Assembly (NCBI GenBank): GCA_945900775.1
Contig: CAMDJP010000005.1
Location: 20,167-84,166, forward strand
DNA from: Akkermansia muciniphila
GTDB taxonomy: Bacteria > Verrucomicrobiota > Verrucomicrobiia > Limisphaerales > SIAT01
Reading direction: 5' to 3'
DNA length: 64,000 nucleotides
Shown: positions 43,892 to 54,808 of the stretch, in pieces
Layout of the letters: every line of letters begins with the position of its first letter
How positions within the stretch are numbered: position 1 is the first letter of the stretch
Translations under genes and position numbers: made by a program
Notes under the pieces: model-generated
What the model saw: only the letters and a program-made list of their open reading frames with translations
What the model was told of the DNA's origin: nothing
Databases searched by the model: none

Positions 43892-46597
43892 ATGAGCGCA
43901 TCGCATAATCCCTTCAACTCACTGCAGAAATTCGATCTTGGCAACGGCAAGCAGGTCAAATTCCATTCGCTCCCCGCGCTCGAAGCAGCGGGCGTTGGCG
44001 CCATCTCCAAGCTGCCTATCTCCATCCGGCTGGTGCTGGAATCGGTGCTGCGCAATTGCGACGGCAAAAAGGTGGGCGAAGCCGCGGTTCGCGAGCTGGC
44101 CAACTGGAAGCCGACGGCCGCGCGCACGGAGGAAATCCCTTTCGTGGTCGCGCGCATTGTCCTGCAAGATTTCACTGGCGTGCCGCTGCTGGTGGACTTG
44201 GCGTCGATGCGCAGCGCGGTGGCTAAGCTGGGCAAAAACCCGAAGATCATCGAGCCGCTCGTGCCGGTGGATCTCGTGGTGGACCACTCGGTGCAGGTGG
44301 ACTTTGCCGGTGCGTCTGACTCGATGGCGCGCAATCTTGAGCTCGAATTCACGCGCAACCGCGAGCGCTACCAATTTCTCAAGTGGGGCATGCAGGCGTT
44401 CGACACATTCAAGGTTGTCCCGCCTGGCATCGGTATCGTGCATCAAGTGAATCTCGAGTACCTCGCCAAAGGCGTGCTCGAGCAGGGCGGCATTTATTAT
44501 CCGGACACGCTCGTGGGCACCGACTCGCACACGACGATGATCAACGGCCTCGGCATCGTCGGCTGGGGCGTGGGTGGCATCGAGGCGGAAGCGGGCATGC
44601 TTGGGCAGCCGGTTTATTTTCTCACGCCCGATGTGGTTGGCGTGCATCTCACGGGTGCGCTCAAGGAAGGCGTCACCGCCACTGACCTCGCACTCACCGT
44701 CACGCAAATGCTCCGCAAGACGAAGGTCGTGGGCAAGTTCGTCGAGTTTTTTGGTCCCGGCGCAGCGGCGCTGCCCGTCGTGGATCGCGCGACCATCGCG
44801 AACATGGCGCCCGAGTACGGCGCGACGATGGGCTTCTTCCCGATGGATGAAGAGTGCGTGAACTATCTCCGCGCTACCGGCCGCTCGGAGGCGGACTGCC
44901 GCGTGTACGAGAATTATTACAAGGCGCAAGGTCTGTGGGGCATGCCGCAGGTCGGTCAGATTGAGTACTCCCAGGTTGTTGAATTGGACATCGCCAGCGT
45001 GAAGCCGAGTGTTGCTGGCCCAAAGCGTCCGCAGGATCGCATCGAGCTGAGCAACTTGCGCCGCGAGTTTTTCAACGCCGTGCAACGGCCCGTCACCGAA
45101 AATGGCTTTGGCAAGTCGCGACAGGTTTTTGGCAAGTCGGTGAAGGTAGAGACGGCCGCAAAGAAAAAGGCGAGTGTCGGCACCGGCTCCGTGGTCATTG
45201 CCGCCATCACCAGTTGCACCAACACCAGCAATCCCAGCGTGATGCTCGCTGCTGGTTTGCTCGCGAAGAAAGCCGTCGAGAAAGGGCTGAAGGTGAACCC
45301 GGCTGTGAAGGCGTCGCTCGCGCCCGGTTCGCGTGTGGTCACCGATTACCTCAAGAAGACTGGCCTCACGCCGTATCTCAACAAACTTCGCTTTAACACC
45401 GTCGGCTACGGCTGCACGACGTGCATCGGCAATTCCGGTCCGCTCGATCCGGCCATCGAAGAAGCCGTGGTAAAAAATGATTTGGTCACTGCGAGCGTGC
45501 TCTCTGGTAACCGCAACTTTGAGGCGCGCGTACATCAGAACGTGAAGTCAAACTTCCTCATGTCGCCGCCGCTGGTTGTCGCCTTCGCCCTAGCGGGTCG
45601 CGTGGACATTGATTTGAGCTGCGAACCGCTAGGCACGAGCAAGGACGGCGAGCCTGTTTATCTCGCGGACATCTGGCCCACGCTGCAGGAAGTCCGTGAT
45701 GCGATGCAGAGTGCGCTGAAACCTGAAGTCTTCCGCAAGCTTTACAAAAACTTCGCCGCGCAAAATCCCAAGTGGAATGAGATCCCGTCGAGGACCGGCA
45801 CCGTGTACGAGTGGGATGGCAACTCCACGTACATTCAAGAGCCGCCCTTCTTCACGACCTTCGCGCTCACGCCCGGCCGCATCCAGCCCATCACCGGCGC
45901 GCGCGCGCTGGGCATCTTCGGCGACAGCGTCACCACCGATCACATCTCGCCCGCCGGTGCCATCAAAAAGGCGTCGCCTGCCGGAAAGTTCCTGCTCGAT
46001 AACGGCGTCGCGTTTGAGGACTTCAACAGCTACGGCTCGCGCCGTGGCAATGATCGCATCATGACCCGTGGCACCTTCGCCAATGTGCGCATCAAAAATC
46101 TGATGCTCGGTGGCGAGGAAGGCGGCAACACGCTTGGGCCCGACGGCGCGAAGACTTCCATCTACGATGCGGCCATTGCGTATCAGGCGAAAGGCACGCC
46201 GCTCATTGTGATTGCCGGACAGGAATACGGCACTGGCTCCAGTCGCGACTGGGCCGCGAAAGGCACAAAGCTGCTCGGCGTGAAAGTCGTCGTCGCGCAG
46301 AGTTTCGAGCGTATCCACCGCAGTAACCTCGTCGGCATGGGCGTGTTGCCGTTGCAATTCAAGGAGGGCACCACGGCGCAGACGCTCAAGCTCGACGGCA
46401 ACGAGACCTACGACATCGTCGGCCTCGATGAATCCATCAAGCCGCAGCAAGACCTCGTGCTCCGCATCACTCGCAAGAATGGCAGCGTGGAAAACGTGAG
46501 CGTCCGTTGCCGCATCGATACGCCCATCGAGATCGATTACTACCAGCACGGGGGCATTCTGCCCTTCGTCCTCCGCCAACTCGTGGCCAAGGCGTGA
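43892..46597 (+). CDS. acnA: Aconitate hydratase A
   Basis: 901 aa. Conserved aconitase blocks: [48 protein letters not shown], and the Fe-S ligand region [10 protein letters not shown]. Confidence 0.95.
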   Translation: MSASHNPFNSLQKFDLGNGKQVKFHSLPALEAAGVGAISKLPISIRLVLESVLRNCDGKKVGEAAVRELANWKPTAARTEEIPFVVARIVLQDFTGVPLLVDLASMRSAVAKLGKNPKIIEPLVPVDLVVDHSVQVDFAGASDSMARNLELEFTRNRERYQFLKWGMQAFDTFKVVPPGIGIVHQVNLEYLAKGVLEQGGIYYPDTLVGTDSHTTMINGLGIVGWGVGGIEAEAGMLGQPVYFLTPDVVGVHLTGALKEGVTATDLALTVTQMLRKTKVVGKFVEFFGPGAAALPVVDRATIANMAPEYGATMGFFPMDEECVNYLRATGRSEADCRVYENYYKAQGLWGMPQVGQIEYSQVVELDIASVKPSVAGPKRPQDRIELSNLRREFFNAVQRPVTENGFGKSRQVFGKSVKVETAAKKKASVGTGSVVIAAITSCTNTSNPSVMLAAGLLAKKAVEKGLKVNPAVKASLAPGSRVVTDYLKKTGLTPYLNKLRFNTVGYGCTTCIGNSGPLDPAIEEAVVKNDLVTASVLSGNRNFEARVHQNVKSNFLMSPPLVVAFALAGRVDIDLSCEPLGTSKDGEPVYLADIWPTLQEVRDAMQSALKPEVFRKLYKNFAAQNPKWNEIPSRTGTVYEWDGNSTYIQEPPFFTTFALTPGRIQPITGARALGIFGDSVTTDHISPAGAIKKASPAGKFLLDNGVAFEDFNSYGSRRGNDRIMTRGTFANVRIKNLMLGGEEGGNTLGPDGAKTSIYDAAIAYQAKGTPLIVIAGQEYGTGSSRDWAAKGTKLLGVKVVVAQSFERIHRSNLVGMGVLPLQFKEGTTAQTLKLDGNETYDIVGLDESIKPQQDLVLRITRKNGSVENVSVRCRIDTPIEIDYYQHGGILPFVLRQLVAKA

Positions 46598-46649
46598 GGT
46601 AAATCCCTCTCAGTTCAGGCGGGCGGATGTGAATTAGGTCCGTCTGCTT

Positions 46650-47165
46650 TTACGGATAAAACTCCCGCTGTAACAGGGCGGTGAGTTGGTGAACAATCAT
46701 TTGAAGTTCGGCGAGCGTTTCGAGTTGCTCGGATGTCCATCCACCCCCTTCGGCGGCACGAATACATCGGCGGTAGCGCTGGCTCAATGAAAGTTTAAGG
46801 TGATTGTGGCCGAGTTGATCCAGAAAATGTTCGGCGCGTTCCGCTAATTGGCGAGCTTTACGGATATTTGTCAGTGCGCTCTCGGGAGCGGTCTCGCCAT
46901 TTTTCACTTTCAAGAGTTGCAGGCATTCAAATGTGCGGCAACGGCTGGGACGCTGAGTATAGTTGCGGCAGAGACACCCATCGAGTGCGGCGCACGGCTG
47001 CGGCAATTTTGTTTTCGACTTCAACTGCTTCAGCGGCAGGCCAAGCTGCTGCAAAAGGGGGATGTTATCGTGGGGTTCCAGCTCAACATCGGCGAAGAGA
47101 ACGCCGCTGCAGCAAAGCCCGCAGGCGGTGCAGAGGCGTGCGACGGCGTCGGGCTCTGAGAGCAT
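46650..47165 (-). CDS. YkgJ-family (CxxCxxCC) putative zinc/iron-chelating cysteine-cluster protein
   Basis: 171 aa. N-terminal CTACGLCCSG motif plus downstream Cys residues (C..C..C). Confidence 0.7.
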   Translation of the reverse strand: MLSEPDAVARLCTACGLCCSGVLFADVELEPHDNIPLLQQLGLPLKQLKSKTKLPQPCAALDGCLCRNYTQRPSRCRTFECLQLLKVKNGETAPESALTNIRKARQLAERAEHFLDQLGHNHLKLSLSQRYRRCIRAAEGGGWTSEQLETLAELQMIVHQLTALLQREFYP

Positions 47166-47243
47166 CTGGGAAAGTTAGCGGGGATTATGCGGAATCGAAA
47201 GTGAAGAATTGCCAGCAGCGGTATGTGCGGCTGAGATGGGGGC

Positions 47244-48368
47244 GTGACATTGAATCTAATCAAGCTTGCCGCAAAGGTAGTCGCGAAATCGAGCCGCGTG
47301 CATCCGGCGGACCGCGTGCTTCGCACGGAGCTGAGGTCGGCGCAGGGTCTTGCGAGGCACGATGCCGGCGAGGTGAGCCGCGCTGTCTTTGCGCATTTCC
47401 GCTGGAAAAACTGGCTTGATGACCATGCGTCGCTGGAGCACCGAATTTCGCAAGCGCTGGATCTCGCCGTCCGTTTCAAGGAGAAGCCGAAATCGTTTTC
47501 CGATACCGAACTTCTCGCGAAGGCAGTGCCAGAATGGGTGGCGCAGGAGTTGGAAGTGCCGCCGGCGTGGCTCCGATTTTTGCAGGCTGAGCCGAAAATC
47601 TGGCTGCGCGCCCGCCCGGGCAAGGCAGATCAACTGGCGCAAAAGCTTTTCCACGTCAAACTCCACGCTATTGCGGATGCGCTGCTGTACGAAGGTCGAG
47701 CCGATCTCTTCCGTGAGCCGGAATTTCAGGCGGGTGAATTCGAACTGCAGGACATCGCCTCGCAAGTGGTTGGCCTCTTGTGTAATCCCCAGCCGGGGCA
47801 GACGTGGTGGGATGCCTGCGCGGGCGAGGGCGGAAAAACGCTACATCTCGCCGCCCTAATGAGGAACAAGGGGTTGATTTGGGCAAGCGATCGTTCCGAG
47901 TGGCGGCTTAAGCGGTTACGTCAGCGTGCGGCGCGTGCCCAATGTTTCAATTATCGTGCAGCACTCTGGGATGGCGGCGTGAAGCTGCCAACGAAGGCGA
48001 AGTTCGATGGTATTCTCGTGGACGCCCCGTGCAGCGGCCTTGGAACATGGCAACGGAATCCCCACGCGCGGTGGACGACAATACCTTCTGACGTGTGCGA
48101 ACTGGCAGGCATCCAGCGCGAGTTGCTTGCGCACGCTGCAACGGGTGTGAAACGCGGGGGAAAAATGATCTACGCCGTTTGTACCCTCACGCCAGCGGAG
48201 ACGGACGAAGTGGCGTCGGCTTTTGAAAGCGCGTTTCCCGAGTTCGAACCATTCCCCATGACGTCACCTTTCACGCCAGCAGCGGCACCTCAAAGCCGAC
48301 ATTGGTTTTGGCCGCAGGCAACGGGCGGCAACGGCATGTTCGTCGCGATCTGGCAGCGAAAGGCTTAA
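47244..48368 (+). CDS. RsmB/NOP2/Sun-family SAM-dependent RNA (cytosine-C5) methyltransferase
   Basis: 374 aa with a GTG start. Motifs FELQDIASQ, DACAGEGGKT, ILVDAPCSGLGT (catalytic PC) and IYAVCTL (TC) are present. Confidence 0.8.
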   Translation: MTLNLIKLAAKVVAKSSRVHPADRVLRTELRSAQGLARHDAGEVSRAVFAHFRWKNWLDDHASLEHRISQALDLAVRFKEKPKSFSDTELLAKAVPEWVAQELEVPPAWLRFLQAEPKIWLRARPGKADQLAQKLFHVKLHAIADALLYEGRADLFREPEFQAGEFELQDIASQVVGLLCNPQPGQTWWDACAGEGGKTLHLAALMRNKGLIWASDRSEWRLKRLRQRAARAQCFNYRAALWDGGVKLPTKAKFDGILVDAPCSGLGTWQRNPHARWTTIPSDVCELAGIQRELLAHAATGVKRGGKMIYAVCTLTPAETDEVASAFESAFPEFEPFPMTSPFTPAAAPQSRHWFWPQATGGNGMFVAIWQRKA

Positions 48369-48840
48369 AAAGTGGTCAGAAGGCTGCGGGCGACTGCCCG
48401 TATCATCCGCTTGCGGCAGTCAGGTCTGGCAAGTGACGGGATGTGTCTCCCGCCGGACCATCAGTGCTAGCCAACTAGGGCACTAGGAATTAGAACGCCC
48501 AGCACGCTCGCCGACATCGGGATCACGGTCCCGGGAATCGAGAGGTCCCACCCCGGCAGCAACCGCAGCAGGTGCATGAACGATAGCAGCACGAATGGAA
48601 TCAGGTTGACTGTCGTGGAGATCTGACTCCTCGCTTTCTCCCTTTTGGTGATTGGATTTTCCGGTCCTTATAAAATCGAAGGTCGGCGATGACGGTTACG
48701 AAGGGTGGGCAAACTGGCCCAGCGAAGGAGTTCGAAGAGCACCTTTCTGAAGTTGCTTAAGCGAATACAATCACTCTCGTGGTAATGATGAGCAAGAGCA
48801 GATTAGTCGCAACTGCGTGAGTCGCTCTGTCGTGCGAATC

Positions 48841-49926
48841 TCAGCGGCGAATCCAGCCGCCGCCCACGACAAGGTCGTCTTGGTACACCACGCACGCTTG
48901 GCCGGGAGTGATGGCGCGCTGCGATTCGTGGAGTTTGACACGCGCGCCGCCGCCGGCCGTGGGAGTGATGGTGGCTGGTGTGCCGGGATGGTTGTAGCGG
49001 ATTTTGACCGTGGCCTCGATTGTTTCGGGCGGCGTGTCAAAGGGGATCCAGTTACAGTTCTCTAGGTCGAATTCGTCACGACTGAGGGCTGATTCGTCGC
49101 CGACAATCACGCGGTTCTGCGCGGCGTCAAGATCCACCACATAGAGCGGCTTGGGTGAGGAGATCCCGAGCCCTTTGCGCTGGCCAATGGTATAGAACTC
49201 GATGCCGTCATGCTCGCCGATTTTTCGGCCGTGAAGATCCACAATCTCGCCACGATGCTTCTGAGCGAGGCCGGACTTCTTCAAAAAACCTCCGTAGTCA
49301 TTATCCGGCACGAAGCAGATCTCCATACTCTCCTCCTTCTCGGCGGTCTTGAGTTGGCAATGTCGTGCGACCTCGCGCGTGTCCGCCTTGGTCTTTTCGC
49401 CGAGCGGGAACATGGCGCGGGAGAGTTGCGCTTGGCGAAGGGAGAAGAGGAAGTAGCTCTGATCCTTGCGTGGGTCACGGCCCTTCTTGAGCAGATGGCG
49501 CGAGCCGTCGATGCTTGGCTCGATGCGCGCGAAGTGGCCTGTGGCTATGAAGCGCGCGCCCAGCTGATCAGCACGGGAGATGAGCGTGCCGAACTTGAGG
49601 TGCTGGTTGCACATCACGCACGGGTTCGGCGTGCGCCCAGCCTTGTACTCGTCGGCGAAATATTGAATCACCTGTCGTTGAAACTCCGCTGCCTCATCCA
49701 CGAGGTAGTAGGGGATGCCGAGTTGATGGCAGACGGCGCGGGCATCGGTAACGGCCTGCGGGCCGCAGCACTTATCCTCCGCGCGCGAAACGCAATCCTG
49801 CGGCCAGAGTTTGAGTGTGACGCCGACGACGTCGTAGCCCTGATGTTTCAGAAGGGCTGCCGTGGCTGAGGAATCCACCCCGCCACTCATCCCGACCAGC
49901 ACGCGTGTTTTCGCCATTACCATCAC
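48841..49926 (-). CDS. mnmA: tRNA 2-thiouridine(34) synthase
   Basis: 361 aa. PP-loop VGMSGGVDSS, catalytic Cys regions, and TGHFAR / DQSYFL blocks. Confidence 0.95.
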   Translation of the reverse strand: MMVMAKTRVLVGMSGGVDSSATAALLKHQGYDVVGVTLKLWPQDCVSRAEDKCCGPQAVTDARAVCHQLGIPYYLVDEAAEFQRQVIQYFADEYKAGRTPNPCVMCNQHLKFGTLISRADQLGARFIATGHFARIEPSIDGSRHLLKKGRDPRKDQSYFLFSLRQAQLSRAMFPLGEKTKADTREVARHCQLKTAEKEESMEICFVPDNDYGGFLKKSGLAQKHRGEIVDLHGRKIGEHDGIEFYTIGQRKGLGISSPKPLYVVDLDAAQNRVIVGDESALSRDEFDLENCNWIPFDTPPETIEATVKIRYNHPGTPATITPTAGGGARVKLHESQRAITPGQACVVYQDDLVVGGGWIRR

Positions 49927-50098
49927 AGCCTCACATAATAGGGGAGTGATGGAGTTCTGTAAAGGTTGAGCGAGGGGGCGGCGTAATATAGCCGAGCAAT
50001 TTTCTCCGCAAGGGAGAGATTTAGAACGCTGAGACGACTGCGCTTCAAATCAAGATCCGAGGCCGTCGGACCTTGTCGTGCTTGAATAGGAGGAGACT

Positions 50099-53000
50099 TT
50101 AGAAGCCGCCGACGGGGGTCGGTTTGGCTTTTTCGGACTGGAGTTCGTGGACCGGCTTGGCGGCGGGCTTGGCCTCGGCTGGATGCGGCACGACGCGCCA
50201 GAAGTGATTCACAGCGTCCTTCCAGTTCTTGAGGATCTCGTTCGCGCGCGGCGACTCGGTATTCTCGAGGTGGGCATAGATGAGGCTTTGCAGACGTTTA
50301 ATCTCTTCTGTGTCCGTGAGTCGCTCGATGCCGACCATCGCGTTATTGAAGCGATCGGGGAAAGTATTCTCCGGGTCGTAGACGAAGGCGAAGCCGCCGG
50401 ACATACCGGCGCCAAAGTTGCGGCCGGCCTGGCCGAGTAACACCACGGTGCCGCCAGTCATGTACTCGCAACCGTGGTCGCCCACACCCTCGACAACGGC
50501 GGTGCCCCCGGAGTTGCGGACGCAGAAGCGCTCGCCGGCGCGGCCTGCAGCGAAGAGTTTGCCACCGGTGGCGCCGTACATCACGGTGTTGCCGACAATC
50601 TGGTTGTCGGCCCATGCGAACTTCATCCCATCGGGCGGGCGGACGATGATCTCGCCGCCGTTCATCCCCTTGCCGACGTAATCATTGGCCTCGCCGAAAA
50701 GTTTGAGGCGGATGCCGTTCGCGAGGAACGTACCGAAGCTTTGGCCGGAACTGCCGTGCAGAGTGATATCGAGCGTCGCGGGCGGCAGGCCTTTGTCGCC
50801 GCGGGTGTAGCCGATGTGGCCGGAGACGCGCGTGCCGATGTTGCGGAGGACGTTGTTAATCTTGTACTCGAGTTTGACCGTGCCCTTGCCGTTCAAGGCG
50901 TCCTTGGCGTCGGTCATTATCTTGTCGTCGAGTGGGCTGTCGCCAAAGCGCTCGTTGCGCTCGCGCGTGTGGATGCGCGTCGCAGTGCCGGTCGGGTCGA
51001 CCTGATAAAGCAGCTTTGACAGGTCGATGCTGGCGATTTTGCCGCGGATTTCCTCGGGGAACTCCTCGAGCGGTCGCCGGTCGAGCAAATCGGTGCGGCC
51101 GATGACCTCATCGAGCTTGCGGCAGCCGAGCTTGGCGAGTAGTTCGCGGATTTCCTGCGCTGCGCCGTTGAAGAAGGCGACGACGTTTTCGGGCTTGCCG
51201 CGGAACTTGAGCCGCAGTTCGTCCTTCTGCGTCGCGACGCCGACGGGGCAGGTGTTGAGGTGGCAGACGCGGAACATCGCGCAACCGGCAGCGATAAGTG
51301 CGCCAGTGCCGAAGTTGAATTCTTCGGCGCCGAGCAATGCGGCAATGACGATGTCGTGGCCTGTTTTGATGCCGCCGTCGGTTCGCAAAACAATTCGCGA
51401 ACGAAGATCGTTCAGCATCAGCGTCTGGTGCACCTCAGCCACACCGGTTTCGAAGGGCGCGCCGGCGTGCTTGATGGAGGAGAGAGGGCTGGCGCCGGTG
51501 CCGCCATCGTGGCCGGAGATGAGGACGACGTCTGCATAGGCCTTCGCCACGCCCGCGGCGACGGTGCCGACGCCGGAGGAGGAGACGAGCTTCACGCAGA
51601 CTTTCGCGCGCGGGTTGACCTGTTTGAGGTCGTAGATGAGCTGCGCGAGGTCCTCGATGGAATAGATATCGTGGTGCGGCGGCGGCGAGATGAGCGGCAC
51701 GCCGGGCACGCTGCAACGCAGACGCGCGATGAGTGGGCTGACCTTATGACCGGGAAGTTGACCGCCTTCGCCGGGCTTGGCGCCTTGGGCCATCTTGATC
51801 TCGATTTCCTGTGCGCTGGCGAGGTACTCGGGCGTGACGCCAAAGCGGCCGCTGGCGACCTGCTTGATGGCGCTGCAGGCGTTGTCGCCATTCGGGCGGA
51901 CAGTGTAGCGGGCGGAATCCTCGCCGCCCTCGCCGGAATTACTCTTGCCGCCGATGGAGTTCATCGCGATGGCGAGGCACTCGTGCGCCTCGGGCGAGAG
52001 TGCTCCGAGCGACATGCCGGCTGTGGTGAAACGACGACGGATATCCTCGATCGACTCGACCTCCTCGATGGGGACTGGGACGGCGGCGAACTTGAATCGG
52101 AGCAAATCGCGATAAGAGACGGGTTGGCGTCCGACCACGGTCTCGATGTACTTCTTGTATTCCTCAGATTTTGGGTTCTTGAGGAAGCGGTGCATCGTGA
52201 GCACCACCTGCGGATTGAAGGCATGAAATTCGCCGCGACCACCTTTGGCGACTTTGTAGTTGCCGCCTTCGTCGAGCATCGCGGCCTCGGGCGCGCCGTA
52301 GGCGGCTTGATGGCGGCGTAGGGCGTCCTCGGCAATCTGCTGGAGCGAGACACCACCGGCTTGCGTGGTGGTACCGAAGAAGCAGCGGTCCACGACGGCG
52401 TCCGAGACGCCGATGGCCTCGAAGGTCTGTGCACCGCGGTAGCTGGCGATGGTGCTGATGCCCATCTTCGACATGATTTTCAGCACGCCGTTCTCGATGG
52501 CGTTGCGGAAGTTGGCGATAGCCCTCTCCTGGGTGAAATCGCCGTAGTCACCGCTCTCGATGGACTGGCGGATGCTATCGATTGCGACATATGGGTTCAC
52601 CGCGCTCGCACCGTAACCGACGAGGGCGGCGAACTGGTGGACCGTGCGGGCTTCGCCTGATTCACAGACGAGGGAGGCTTTCATCCGCTTGCCTTCGCGA
52701 ATGAGGTGATGGTGGACCGCCCCGACGGCCAATAGCATCGGGACGGGCACCTTATCGGCGGAGGTGTTGCGGTCGCTGAGGATGAGGATGTTCTTGCCGG
52801 AATCGATAGCCTTGGCGGCGAGTTGGCAGATGGAGCCGAGTGCGGATTCCATGTCTGCAGCGCCGTTCTCGGCGGTGAAGTGGCAGTAAATTGTCTCGGT
52901 GTTGAAAACCGGATCATCGATATTCCGCAACGCCTCCAGTTCGTAATCGAGCAGGAAGGGACTGTCTACGCGGATGAGCTTGGCGTGCTGTTCGGTCTCC

Positions 53001-54664
53001 TCCAACCACGAGCGGCGCGGGCCGATGCTCGTGGAAAGCGACATAACGATTTTTTCGCGGATCGAGTCGATCGGTGGGTTGGTGACCTGTGCGAAAAGCT
53101 GCTTGAAATAGTCGTAGAGCAGGCGCGGGCGCTTGGAGAGGCAGGCGAGCGGCGAGTCGTCACCCATCGATCCAATCGGCTCGGCGCCATCGAGCGCCAT
53201 TGGCTTGAGCACGTCGCGAAGCTCCTCGTTATCCCAGCCGAAGGTGATTTGCTGGAGAGTGAGATCGAGGAGGTTGACGGGGCGGAAGTTCTCGCTGAAC
53301 GGCGTCGCATGCTCGGTGAGCGAAAAGACCTGCTTCTTGCACCACTCGCCGTAGGGCTTCTGGCCGGCGACAAGAGCCTTGATCTCGTCGTTGTCCAGCA
53401 GTTTGCCTTCCTGCGTGTCGATGGCGAGGATGAGGCCGGGGCCGAGGCGACCCTTGCGAACAACCTTCTTCTCATCGAGCGCGACCACACCAGCTTCGCT
53501 GCCCATAACGATGAGGCCGTCTTCGTAAACTTTGTAACGCGCGGGGCGCAGCCCGTTGCGGTCGAGTGTGGCACCAACCCAGCGGCCGTCGCTGAAGACG
53601 ACGGCGGCAGGGCCGTCCCACGGTTCGTTGAGACAGGAGTGGTACTGGTAGAAGCCCTTTAACTCGGGCTTCATGTCCTTCATTTTCTCCCAGGCCTCGG
53701 GGGCGAGCATCATCACGGAGTGGAGGATGCTGCGACCGGAAAGTTCGAGCGTCTCGAGCGCGTTGTCGAGCGCGGCGGAGTCGGAGCCGCCAGGCTGGAT
53801 AATCGGCTTGAGATGCTCGATCTGATCTTTCCAGACCGCTGAAGTCAGCTCGCGTTCGCGGGCGCGGGTCCAGTTCTTGTTGCCGAGCAGCGTGTTGATT
53901 TCGCCGTTGTGAGCGAGGCGACGGAACGGATGGGCGAGTTGCCAGTTCGGGAATGTGTTTGTCGAGTAGCGCTGGTGATAGACGGCGAGCGCGGTGGTGA
54001 AGAGAGAATCCTTCAGGTCGGTGTAGAACTTGGGGAGCTGCGGGGCATTGAACAGGCCCTTGTAAACGATGGTACGCGAGGAGAAGGAGGGAATGTAGAA
54101 GTCGTCGAGCTTCTGCTCGGTGGCGCGCTTCTCGGCGGCTTTGCGCGCGAGGAAAAGACGGCGCTCGAACTCGTCATCGTTCCAGCCGGCGGCGCGGCCC
54201 AGCAGGATTTGCTGAATCTCGGGCATCGTGGCCAGGGCCTTATCCCCGAGGCAGCGAGGGTTTGTCGGCACGACACGCCAGCCGAAACTCGGGATGCCGA
54301 GCTGCTTTACGGATTCTTCAACCGCGAGGCGCGAAGCGGCAATCTGCTCCTTCTGGTCCCGTGGCATGAAGATGAATCCGACGGCGAGGTCACCGTCCTT
54401 GGCCAGCTTGCCGCCAAGCTTCTCGACTTCGCGACGGAAGAAGGCGTGCGGAATCTGGGTGAGCACACCGGCGCCGTCGCCGGTCTTGGCATCGGCGTCG
54501 AGCGCACCGCGGTGAGCGAGGTTGCACAGCGCCTCGATGGCATAATCGAGGATGCGGTGCTCGCGTTTACCGTTGATGTTGGCAATGAATCCGACACCAC
54601 AGGCGTCGTGTTCAAACTTCGACTCGTAAAGCGAAGTCGGTATGTTGGGATAACTGGTGTTCAT
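50099..54664 (-). CDS. gltB: Glutamate synthase large subunit
   Basis: 1521 aa. N-terminal Ntn amidotransferase Cys (HDACGVGF), an FMN/Fe-S central domain, and the C-terminal GXGXG beta-helix domain. No gltD is adjacent in this window. Confidence 0.95.
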   Translation of the reverse strand: MNTSYPNIPTSLYESKFEHDACGVGFIANINGKREHRILDYAIEALCNLAHRGALDADAKTGDGAGVLTQIPHAFFRREVEKLGGKLAKDGDLAVGFIFMPRDQKEQIAASRLAVEESVKQLGIPSFGWRVVPTNPRCLGDKALATMPEIQQILLGRAAGWNDDEFERRLFLARKAAEKRATEQKLDDFYIPSFSSRTIVYKGLFNAPQLPKFYTDLKDSLFTTALAVYHQRYSTNTFPNWQLAHPFRRLAHNGEINTLLGNKNWTRARERELTSAVWKDQIEHLKPIIQPGGSDSAALDNALETLELSGRSILHSVMMLAPEAWEKMKDMKPELKGFYQYHSCLNEPWDGPAAVVFSDGRWVGATLDRNGLRPARYKVYEDGLIVMGSEAGVVALDEKKVVRKGRLGPGLILAIDTQEGKLLDNDEIKALVAGQKPYGEWCKKQVFSLTEHATPFSENFRPVNLLDLTLQQITFGWDNEELRDVLKPMALDGAEPIGSMGDDSPLACLSKRPRLLYDYFKQLFAQVTNPPIDSIREKIVMSLSTSIGPRRSWLEETEQHAKLIRVDSPFLLDYELEALRNIDDPVFNTETIYCHFTAENGAADMESALGSICQLAAKAIDSGKNILILSDRNTSADKVPVPMLLAVGAVHHHLIREGKRMKASLVCESGEARTVHQFAALVGYGASAVNPYVAIDSIRQSIESGDYGDFTQERAIANFRNAIENGVLKIMSKMGISTIASYRGAQTFEAIGVSDAVVDRCFFGTTTQAGGVSLQQIAEDALRRHQAAYGAPEAAMLDEGGNYKVAKGGRGEFHAFNPQVVLTMHRFLKNPKSEEYKKYIETVVGRQPVSYRDLLRFKFAAVPVPIEEVESIEDIRRRFTTAGMSLGALSPEAHECLAIAMNSIGGKSNSGEGGEDSARYTVRPNGDNACSAIKQVASGRFGVTPEYLASAQEIEIKMAQGAKPGEGGQLPGHKVSPLIARLRCSVPGVPLISPPPHHDIYSIEDLAQLIYDLKQVNPRAKVCVKLVSSSGVGTVAAGVAKAYADVVLISGHDGGTGASPLSSIKHAGAPFETGVAEVHQTLMLNDLRSRIVLRTDGGIKTGHDIVIAALLGAEEFNFGTGALIAAGCAMFRVCHLNTCPVGVATQKDELRLKFRGKPENVVAFFNGAAQEIRELLAKLGCRKLDEVIGRTDLLDRRPLEEFPEEIRGKIASIDLSKLLYQVDPTGTATRIHTRERNERFGDSPLDDKIMTDAKDALNGKGTVKLEYKINNVLRNIGTRVSGHIGYTRGDKGLPPATLDITLHGSSGQSFGTFLANGIRLKLFGEANDYVGKGMNGGEIIVRPPDGMKFAWADNQIVGNTVMYGATGGKLFAAGRAGERFCVRNSGGTAVVEGVGDHGCEYMTGGTVVLLGQAGRNFGAGMSGGFAFVYDPENTFPDRFNNAMVGIERLTDTEEIKRLQSLIYAHLENTESPRANEILKNWKDAVNHFWRVVPHPAEAKPAAKPVHELQSEKAKPTPVGGF

Positions 54665-54808
54665 CGGTCGAACAAACGGTGTTCAGAGTAGCAAACGTTT
54701 CGGACGCTGCAAAATATTTTTATCAGCAATTGAAGAGGCGCGAATCATCAGCAGGGCTTGTTAAAGCTTGTCGTTGAATAATGCCCACCTGCGTGCGAGT
54801 TTCTTTCC

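Noticed and set aside
43919-45535. 538-aa minus-strand ORF (plus 43183-44358 and 45629-46579) antisense to acnA.
   Set aside because: acnA on the plus strand is unambiguous (Fe-S ligand motifs, 901 aa). The antisense ORFs are typical GC-rich shadows.
48380-48480. Hairpin-rich segment considered as SRP (4.5S) RNA, because of GUCAGGUC- and CCGGACC-like strings.
   Set aside because: It lacks the conserved helix-8 features on either strand: the GNRA tetraloop and the AGCA / GGAA-containing symmetric and asymmetric loops. It is kept only as an unassigned structured region.
48771-49040. 89-aa minus-strand ORF overlapping the 3' end of mnmA in another frame.
   Set aside because: It overlaps the well-supported mnmA CDS. 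The translation is Pro/Arg/Ser/Ala-rich low-complexity with no motif.
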